Sequence record: NC_028894.1
DNA from: Escherichia phage vB_EcoM_VR20
Strand: one strand, 5' to 3'
Length of the DNA: 64,000 nucleotides
The translations under genes were made by a program, and so were the position numbers. The notes beneath the pieces are model-generated. The model searched no databases and was not told the DNA's origin. It saw only the letters and a program-made list of their open reading frames with translations. Every line of letters begins with the position of its first letter. Position 1 is the stretch's first letter. This document shows positions 57,662-64,000 of the stretch, in pieces.

Positions 57662-59037
57662 AGAGCCTCCAAGTCATTAAGGTATTCAGTTTTAACATCA
57701 GTTGCCTTCCAGTACTCATGCTCAGCTTTCTTAGCCTTTGCTTCGTCTGCAAGCTTCTTGGCTTCGTCAGAGGTCATATGGTAGATGTTCATCGCCACTA
57801 ACTTCTCTGCATAATCGCCATATATTTCGCTTGCCTGGAGCTCCTCAATCAACTTCTTACGAGGTTTCCCCTGGATAACAACCTTACCGTCAATCACTTC
57901 TTTAATAAAGAAGACTTTCGCCCGGGCCAGTTTAAATGCTGCTTCAGTTTCTTTAATCTTACTGTCAATTCGCACTTGGACATAAGTCTTACGGACATCA
58001 ACGAAATCGCGAATCAAGTCAAGCGTGTTGGTGTATTCAGCCAGCTTGCCTTTGTGATTAAGCACTGTTAAGTTCTGGGAGAGTTTCTCAATCAGACCAA
58101 AGTCTTTCATGATTTTCTCATGATTCTCTTCTTCAGTGCCGTCCAGCTTGTATTCTTTACGGAATTTAATCTTAAACCCAAAACCATGCTCGCCGCAATT
58201 ATCTTTCCAGGTTATAAAACCTTTCTCTTCCAGCGGGTCCAGGATTTTACTTGTATACTTTTCCAGGTTCCATTGAACTGGAATTTCAGTAATTTCCATT
58301 TGAGTTCTGGAGGTCATTTTGTATGTGCCATGGAGCTCATACTTACCAGGCTCTTCCAGCTCAACAACTTCACCACGGAATTCTGGATATTTTACTTTCG
58401 GAGCAACCGGCTCACGACCTTCCACGATAGCTTTAACAGCTTCCTTGACGTCCTGGAACGAATGAGGAAGAATATCAGTAGCGAAGCCAACAGCAATCCC
58501 AGAAGTGGCGTTAAGTAATACAGTAGGAATAACAGGAAGATAAAAAGCAGGAGGCTTATGTTCTTCATCAGGATGGACCGGAGCATATTCTGTATCCTTA
58601 AACAAGTTGTAAAAGTTCTTTGAAACCCTTGCGAATACATAACGAGCTGATGATGCTTCTGGAACCATTCTGGAACCAAAGTTGCCCTGTCCATCAAACA
58701 TGGGGTATTCATTTTTATATGTTGCGACCAAACCGGATGTTGCTTCTTCAGCTGATGCTTCACCATGGTGATAACCATAATCAGCTACGCCACCTGCGAT
58801 GGATGCAACCTTATGGAATTTATTCTTATCGCCACGAGCCAGGTCTAATGCTCTCGCCATAACAAATCTGTGAACTGGTTTAAAACCATCAATCATGTTT
58901 GGGATGGCGCGACCTTCCACAGTGTAGATAGCATATGACAATGCTTCCACATCAATAATGTCTTTTAGACTACGTGGGTTAAGGGACCCCATGGAATCAC
59001 TGAACTGTTTGGACATCATACTTAAAACGTCAGACAT
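57658..59037 (-). CDS. 52: DNA topoisomerase II medium subunit gp52
   Basis: 459 aa (T4 442); GyrA-like; TAAGGTGA Shine-Dalgarno. Confidence 0.9.
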   Translation of the reverse strand: MSDVLSMMSKQFSDSMGSLNPRSLKDIIDVEALSYAIYTVEGRAIPNMIDGFKPVHRFVMARALDLARGDKNKFHKVASIAGGVADYGYHHGEASAEEATSGLVATYKNEYPMFDGQGNFGSRMVPEASSARYVFARVSKNFYNLFKDTEYAPVHPDEEHKPPAFYLPVIPTVLLNATSGIAVGFATDILPHSFQDVKEAVKAIVEGREPVAPKVKYPEFRGEVVELEEPGKYELHGTYKMTSRTQMEITEIPVQWNLEKYTSKILDPLEEKGFITWKDNCGEHGFGFKIKFRKEYKLDGTEEENHEKIMKDFGLIEKLSQNLTVLNHKGKLAEYTNTLDLIRDFVDVRKTYVQVRIDSKIKETEAAFKLARAKVFFIKEVIDGKVVIQGKPRKKLIEELQASEIYGDYAEKLVAMNIYHMTSDEAKKLADEAKAKKAEHEYWKATDVKTEYLNDLEAL

Positions 59038-59045
59038 ATATCACC

Positions 59046-59186
59046 TTACCAGATTAACGAATGTACTGCCATTATAGCATCAGAAATAAAAAGCACAACC
59101 TGCACTAATGCAAACATAACTCCATAATACAGCGCTACCAATAAGGTAGCAAGGGCTAATGAATAGCCCAAGATTTTCTTAATCAT
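59046..59186 (-). CDS. Small membrane protein, 46 aa
   Basis: MIKKILGYSLALATLLVALYYGVMFALVQVVLFISDAIMAVHSLIW; ATGA overlap with the upstream ORF. Confidence 0.4.
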   Translation of the reverse strand: MIKKILGYSLALATLLVALYYGVMFALVQVVLFISDAIMAVHSLIW

Positions 59187-59347
59187 TTATTAACCGCTGA
59201 TTCCAGAAATTTGACTAAGGCATCCAGTACAAACCATGTGCAAATAAATCCTGCAAAAAGAGTACTTGGGACCCATACACCTGTAGCAAAAAGAGTCACA
59301 GCAACGATAACAGCTACGAGCCAGATAAAAGTAAAAACTGTTTGCAT
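59183..59347 (-). CDS. Small membrane protein, 54 aa (possibly ac-like)
   Basis: Internal ATG with GAGGAAAATATG Shine-Dalgarno; two predicted transmembrane helices. Confidence 0.4.
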   Translation of the reverse strand: MQTVFTFIWLVAVIVAVTLFATGVWVPSTLFAGFICTWFVLDALVKFLESAVNK

Positions 59348-59436
59348 ATTTTCCTCAAGGGCGTCCAAAGACGCCAGTTAATTTCAGATTATGACGATGC
59401 CATTGCATCACATGTTCGTTATGGAAATTACTCATA

Positions 59437-59886
59437 TTAATAGCTCTGCAGAATGAATTTAAAGTTATCAGCAAGCATGCGATTCATTTCTGAAAGGGTC
59501 TGGCAATCAGAACTATGCGAGCGAGTGAACGCCATCGCAATTTGACCTTTACCATAACCAGTTGTCAGAGGTTTCATTTTAGAAACCGGGACAAACAGGA
59601 CTTCATAGATAACCCCATTGTTCGCCATTGTGCGAGACAGTTGTGAACGCTGTTTGCGGATGTGACTTAATACAGTGTCAAACCCTTGTTGTGAACGTTG
59701 GTTACCAACATAAAAACGTGCAGCAACAATACGTGATTCGCCTTCACCTTTGACCACGAAATAAAAACCTGGTTGGGTAATAGCTTCTTTAGTTGGACGA
59801 CCCGCCACATAATTACCATTATGGATGTAAGCAATAGTGGTAGCGCCAGCATTCAGTACGTCACGACGAGTCATGTAAGTAGTCAT
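59437..59886 (-). CDS. ndd: Nucleoid disruption protein Ndd
   Basis: 149 aa (T4 151); [21 protein letters not shown] and [13 protein letters not shown] match recalled T4 Ndd. Confidence 0.85.
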   Translation of the reverse strand: MTTYMTRRDVLNAGATTIAYIHNGNYVAGRPTKEAITQPGFYFVVKGEGESRIVAARFYVGNQRSQQGFDTVLSHIRKQRSQLSRTMANNGVIYEVLFVPVSKMKPLTTGYGKGQIAMAFTRSHSSDCQTLSEMNRMLADNFKFILQSY

Positions 59887-59960
59887 ATTAATTTCCTCAG
59901 TAAGTTAAAGTTTTGTGCTCCAGTGGGGTCATTATACTCTGACCCCAAGAGTTTGTACAC
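59887..59960 (-). promoter_or_regulatory. Early promoter with stem-loop upstream of ndd
   Basis: TTGTACA-17-TATAAT; stem ggggtca/tgacccc encloses the -10. Confidence 0.45.
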
Positions 59961-60304
59961 TATTTTTGAAGCTGTTCTAAAATAAATCCGCTGGTGTAAA
60001 GGCTTGCATTATACAGGCGGTCAAGAGACAATGAATCCAATCCATAAGCTTCACGAATTGCATTGATAGCACTTTCGTAACTTGTATAATAAACATCGCG
60101 ATAATCACGGTCCATAGTCATGCGGAACTTAATAAATTTATAGAAACCAGTTTCAGGGTCCTGATAGAATGCAAATTCTGCAGACATCAAATTTTTAAGG
60201 TGAACAACTTTTGTGCCACCCGAATAACTTAAATCAAAGGCTTCTGATACGCTAATTTGTTTAAAGAACATAATGTTGCGATTACCAAAAAAGACTTTAG
60301 ACAT
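59960..60304 (-). CDS. Hypothetical protein (ndd.x region)
   Basis: 114 aa; GAGGAAATCATT Shine-Dalgarno. Confidence 0.5.
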   Translation of the reverse strand: MSKVFFGNRNIMFFKQISVSEAFDLSYSGGTKVVHLKNLMSAEFAFYQDPETGFYKFIKFRMTMDRDYRDVYYTSYESAINAIREAYGLDSLSLDRLYNASLYTSGFILEQLQK

Positions 60305-60320
60305 AATGATTTCCTCAATT

Positions 60321-60566
60321 TTATTCAGGGTCTACCGAGCCATCCCACAAGTCAACTTCTTCTGATGATTCCATCAGTTCATCGACCGTGAAGCACTCAG
60401 TATTATTTTCAATTGCAAAGCGCTTGCGATACCAGGGGTAATCCAAACAGTTTTCAGTGCGCACTGGATGTTCATTTGAATCCATCAATGGACTAATGCG
60501 AATCAGTTGTTGTCCATTACTCAGGACAAATTTTTCACCAACTACAATGTCTTTAAAAAGTTTCAT
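60321..60566 (-). CDS. Hypothetical protein
   Basis: 81 aa; GGAGCTAAGCA Shine-Dalgarno. Confidence 0.5.
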   Translation of the reverse strand: MKLFKDIVVGEKFVLSNGQQLIRISPLMDSNEHPVRTENCLDYPWYRKRFAIENNTECFTVDELMESSEEVDLWDGSVDPE

Positions 60567-60769
60567 TGCTTAGCTCCATTCCAAATTACGTCAACAACAG
60601 ACTTCAGACCATTATCCTGGATTTGCGTGAACACTTCAGCAGCAATCCAGACCTGGAAACCAATCATTGCAATGGCACCAATGAAAATCAGGATAATCAT
60701 CGCCACAATAAACTTGAACATAAAGTCAAAGCGACGATTGGATTTCTGAAAGTTTGAACTATACCGCAT
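60563..60769 (-). CDS. Small membrane protein
   Basis: 68 aa with one strong transmembrane helix; TGAGGAAAATATT Shine-Dalgarno. Confidence 0.5.
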   Translation of the reverse strand: MRYSSNFQKSNRRFDFMFKFIVAMIILIFIGAIAMIGFQVWIAAEVFTQIQDNGLKSVVDVIWNGAKQ

Positions 60770-60787
60770 AATATTTTCCTCAGTAAA

Positions 60788-60934
60788 TTAAAGAACTTCT
60801 TCAATTTGGATGTATTTGCTATAACCTTCCTCGATGAGGATATCACGAGCGCAGTCAGCACTAATATAAGCATTAAAGCTAAGAGTTTTAATCACTTTAC
60901 CGTGCAGCTTTACTTTATAAATTCGGTTACCCAT
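60788..60934 (-). CDS. Hypothetical protein
   Basis: 48 aa from the internal ATG with GAGGAT Shine-Dalgarno. Confidence 0.4.
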   Translation of the reverse strand: MGNRIYKVKLHGKVIKTLSFNAYISADCARDILIEEGYSKYIQIEEVL

Positions 60935-60944
60935 AATATTATCC

Positions 60945-61061
60945 TCAAAAGAAATAGTTAAAGTAAACACGCACATGGTCAATCATAAAAACAATTGGGA
61001 AAATGCTCAGGACAACAAACAGTACAAACATGTTCCAAATGGCTTTAAGTAACTTTTTCAT
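60945..61061 (-). CDS. Hydrophobic micro-ORF, 38 aa
   Basis: MKKLLKAIWNMFVLFVVLSIFPIVFMIDHVRVYFNYFF; GGAGATGATT Shine-Dalgarno; promoter upstream. Confidence 0.35.
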   Translation of the reverse strand: MKKLLKAIWNMFVLFVVLSIFPIVFMIDHVRVYFNYFF

Positions 61062-61206
61062 AATCATCTCCAGTAGTTGATAGGTTCATTATACTACAAC
61101 CACCGGAGATGTACACTCTTTTATGTAAGTTTCATTAATAATAAACTAAAACAAACACAAATTACTGGGATACACAACATCCAGATAAGACACCACATTT
61201 TGCTGC

Positions 61207-61473
61207 TCAAAATATCACCTCCTTTATCTCAATCAATCCCCTGTACAATGCAGTGCGGAGGTCATAAAGAATATCTATGCCATCAACATTATCCAGCTTG
61301 CCATCAATAAGCTTTTCCAAATCTTCCTTTGATGCAACCAATGGGCGAAGAAATTTACAATCAGAAAGAGATAACTCTGTAGTAACATCATCACCATCAC
61401 CTGACGCATCATACATAACGGCAACAACCATACCTGTAACTTTGTGTTTGGCGTAGTATAATTTAATATCCAT
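61207..61473 (-). CDS. Hypothetical protein
   Basis: 88 aa from the internal ATG; preceded by a promoter/stem-loop cassette and GGAGAAAAA Shine-Dalgarno. Confidence 0.5.
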   Translation of the reverse strand: MDIKLYYAKHKVTGMVVAVMYDASGDGDDVTTELSLSDCKFLRPLVASKEDLEKLIDGKLDNVDGIDILYDLRTALYRGLIEIKEVIF

Positions 61474-61550
61474 TTTTTCTCCAGTTGTTTGGTAACTCAG
61501 TATGGAATCATTATACATAGACTCCATACTGATGTACACTATTTTTTAAT
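61474..61550 (-). promoter_or_regulatory. Early promoter with stem-loop plus conserved leader
   Basis: TGTACA-17-TATAAT; 9-bp stem cagtatgga/tccatactg encloses the -10. Confidence 0.5.
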
Positions 61551-61825
61551 TAATTGTGCATTTGTTCTTTAACTTCTTTGTATGCGCCAACTGCATTCAC
61601 GACCCCAGTAAAATCTGCAGTCCCACGATAGAGATAGAAAGCGATTTCAGTCAAGTGGTAAACTTCAAATTCTGAAAGATAAACGATAACGTCATAATAG
61701 GCAACTTGACCCTGGACTTCATTGAATACTACATCAAAAATTTCATGGGTTGGAAAATTGATGTTGTTGTTTTTGAGTGCTTGAATGAGAATTTGTTTGA
61801 TGTGATGAGTAGTAACGTGTTCCAT
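61550..61825 (-). CDS. Hypothetical protein
   Basis: 91 aa from the internal ATG; its Shine-Dalgarno lies inside an 8-bp hairpin. Confidence 0.45.
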   Translation of the reverse strand: MEHVTTHHIKQILIQALKNNNINFPTHEIFDVVFNEVQGQVAYYDVIVYLSEFEVYHLTEIAFYLYRGTADFTGVVNAVGAYKEVKEQMHN

Positions 61826-61872
61826 GATAATGTCCTCATTTGTTGGTGTGAGGACATTATTACACAGTTGGT

Positions 61873-62466
61873 TCAGCTTGTAAACCGGTGATAGGGAAAT
61901 TTTTCTTCTGAACAAGAACGGAGGTACCAACCATCCCCTTGTGACTTCTGCACAAGACCAGACTCAGGAACGAAAGCACCAGGCCCAGCAAGGAATTTTG
62001 GTTTAAATCTATAACCTTTGATAGTCTCTTTAACATTGAACATAATCATAAGGTCAGCAAGCTTGTGTTGCATAAAAGGACCAAGATTAACCCCATAACC
62101 ATGTGGATAATCGCCCTGGTGGCCAGTATGCACTGATATCCATTTGGAACCAGACTGATGGGTCTTGACTTCGATTCTCACACCTTCCTTCGAAACTACA
62201 TCAAATGCAAAGGAATACGGATTATCGTAATCTTCATCACCACCGCATAAAAAGCCGGAGGTCCATTTGGCAATAGCTTGTTCAGCCATTGTAGCTACCA
62301 TACATCTTTGCATGACTTGCTCACGGTCCTGACCTGGGTCTTTACGCAATGAATACCTGGCAGTGTCTACAATCTTTTGCAGGGATTCAGGGGTTAAGTC
62401 TTCTTTTGTATAAAGAAAGGAGGGCATCTTTTTCAGATGCTCCCATGTTTTACTCTTCTGAATCAT
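61873..62466 (-). CDS. Hypothetical protein (in the region where T4 has denB)
   Basis: 197 aa from the internal ATG with AAAGGATGA Shine-Dalgarno; identity to endonuclease IV not verifiable. Confidence 0.4.
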   Translation of the reverse strand: MIQKSKTWEHLKKMPSFLYTKEDLTPESLQKIVDTARYSLRKDPGQDREQVMQRCMVATMAEQAIAKWTSGFLCGGDEDYDNPYSFAFDVVSKEGVRIEVKTHQSGSKWISVHTGHQGDYPHGYGVNLGPFMQHKLADLMIMFNVKETIKGYRFKPKFLAGPGAFVPESGLVQKSQGDGWYLRSCSEEKFPYHRFTS

Positions 62467-62470
62467 CAGC

Positions 62471-62791
62471 TCATCCTTTAAAATACATATCGGATTTTTC
62501 GACAATATCCAAAGAATTTTGCTCAGCTTGCTCTTGATAATCACTGCCAATATAAACTTTGTCTACATGAACGACGCCATAATAAATTCTGGCACTTTCG
62601 GCCAGAGTAGAATGGTCCAGACTACGAAGTTCTTCTTTCGTTGCAAGAATGATGTTCCCTGCATATAACCGACCAGTTGACTTTGTAGAAGCATAATGAC
62701 AATCCACACAATAAACAATATCCGCAACATGATTCCCATGCAACCGGATTTCGTTAATAGATTCATCGCCAACGTTCATATAGTTAATCAT
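62471..62791 (-). CDS. Hypothetical protein
   Basis: 106 aa, ATG start. Confidence 0.45.
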   Translation of the reverse strand: MINYMNVGDESINEIRLHGNHVADIVYCVDCHYASTKSTGRLYAGNIILATKEELRSLDHSTLAESARIYYGVVHVDKVYIGSDYQEQAEQNSLDIVEKSDMYFKG

Positions 62792-62794
62792 AAT

Positions 62795-62992
62795 TTATTC
62801 ACCAAAATAAGAGATACGAATTGCCAGAACATGAGCATAAGCACTCATTGCATCTAACTGGGCATTCAAAAGACCTTGTTGACGAGCATCGAGAGTTTCA
62901 AAAACTCCACCCTTAATAAACTCTTCAAGAGCATTAATTTTCAAAACCAGCTGGTCATATTCTTCAACTACACGTGCTTGGAAACCTAACAT
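62795..62992 (-). CDS. Hypothetical protein
   Basis: 65 aa, coiled-coil-like. Confidence 0.4.
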   Translation of the reverse strand: MLGFQARVVEEYDQLVLKINALEEFIKGGVFETLDARQQGLLNAQLDAMSAYAHVLAIRISYFGE

Positions 62993-63004
62993 AAAGCCTC
63001 ATTA

Positions 63005-63018
63005 GGGGCCGAAGCCCC
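63005..63018 (-). other. UUCG stem-loop downstream of rIIB
   Basis: ggggc-cgaa-gcccc without a T-run. Confidence 0.4.
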
Positions 63019-63025
63019 GATTAAT

Positions 63026-64000
63026 TTAGAATTGTTCAGTTACATCATCAAGGACCAGATAACCACAGACCCTCATTTTGGAATCATTATAATCCACCGG
63101 GATGCTTACAACATCACGCGGGTGAACTTTACAGGATACGATGCGCCCATCACCATGGCCAAAACCACTTCCGATATAGCCTTTAGAGCAAACATGCAGC
63201 CCGGTTGAACAGGTTTGCTCGTCATTATCGTTCACACGAGAGCGCGGCATTTTAACATATTGACCAGGGCTGTTGTCGAATGTATTTGAGTGACAATCTT
63301 TGTAAGTTGCACGAACCATTTTCCATGCGATGAAATGACCGTCTTCGGTGATTTCGATATCGTTCGCAACCAGGAAGTCAAACAAACGCTGTACGGCTTT
63401 CTCACTCGGGTTCTCAAGGAGATTCTCAAGGAACGGCAGATAGAATTCAAAGTCTTCGCCATTTTGCATTGAATCAATGATACGAGTAACCAGACCAGAG
63501 CGCAGTTCAATTCCCTGATAGAACAGACTACCGCCTTCAATACGCACATCGCCTTTCACATATTTTTGTACTGCAGCTTTGATTGAGATAAACTCGATAG
63601 CATCATCAAAACGAGATTCAATCAATGCCTGAATAATATCATTAAAGTGTTTATGGTCTTTTGTTGCGTTCCAGACCGTACGACCTTCGGTGATGGAAAC
63701 GAATTTGCTTGATGCATTCCATACGATTTCCGGGCGGCTTCCGCCGATTGTATCTTCAACAACCGGGACTTCAACCGTTACTGTCACCGGAGCATTAATC
63801 GCCACACCAACAGCTGCTTTCAGTGATGCAGAAATGGTTTTAGATAATTTTGATTCTTTATCATTTTTCAAAACACGGCGAATGGTGTCAACCGATACAC
63901 CGAAATTATCTGCTAGTTCCTGTTGGGTATAATTACCAGTTTTATAAAGAGAAACTACCTGGTTTTGGTCAAATTTGGATAAAGCTTTAATATTAAACAT
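63026..64000 (-). CDS. rIIB: rIIB
   Basis: 324 aa; strong recalled T4 rIIB identity (GNYTQQELAD..GVSVDTIRRVLKN, YFPFLENLLENPS); its ATG is the last three bases of the window. Confidence 0.88.
   Translation of the reverse strand: MFNIKALSKFDQNQVVSLYKTGNYTQQELADNFGVSVDTIRRVLKNDKESKLSKTISASLKAAVGVAINAPVTVTVEVPVVEDTIGGSRPEIVWNASSKFVSITEGRTVWNATKDHKHFNDIIQALIESRFDDAIEFISIKAAVQKYVKGDVRIEGGSLFYQGIELRSGLVTRIIDSMQNGEDFEFYLPFLENLLENPSEKAVQRLFDFLVANDIEITEDGHFIAWKMVRATYKDCHSNTFDNSPGQYVKMPRSRVNDNDEQTCSTGLHVCSKGYIGSGFGHGDGRIVSCKVHPRDVVSIPVDYNDSKMRVCGYLVLDDVTEQF

Noticed and set aside
62471-62791. GIY-YIG-like motif (IYYG..VYIGS) suggesting a homing endonuclease
   Set aside because: The motif sits near the C-terminus with too little sequence after it for the catalytic Arg and Glu; probably chance.

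Overview
This window is a 64-kb segment of a T4-like (Tevenvirinae) myovirus genome, collinear with phage T4 from the 3' end of gene 23 to rIIB. Gene identities come from recalled similarity to T4 proteins and from gene order; no database search was run. Plus-strand blocks are late structural genes: capsid 23/24, uvsW, baseplate 51-27-28-29-48-54, long tail fibre 34-35-36-37, a T2-type gp38 adhesin and holin t. Minus-strand blocks are early/middle genes: rnlB, hoc, inh, uvsY, 25/26, alt, DNA ligase 30, rIII, 31, cd, pseT, a spanin pair, alc, rnlA, denA, nrdB, nrdA, td, frd, 32, 59, 33, dsbA, rnh, asiA, arn, motA, 52, ndd, rIIB. No tRNA, rRNA, CRISPR array, intron or homing-endonuclease insertion was seen. 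Between the core genes lie islands of small ORFs of unknown function, driven by a repeated early-promoter/stem-loop cassette and ending in UUCG-tetraloop hairpins. The most unusual observations are a paralogous gene interrupted at a UUU-UGA site (candidate +1 frameshift or fresh pseudogene), a three-member paralog family, a duplicated Alc N-terminal domain as its own gene, and an HAD-like/NADAR-like gene pair next to alt. The ORF track uses alternative start codons, so many starts were moved to an internal ATG with a Shine-Dalgarno; coordinates of features absent from the track are approximate to a few bp.
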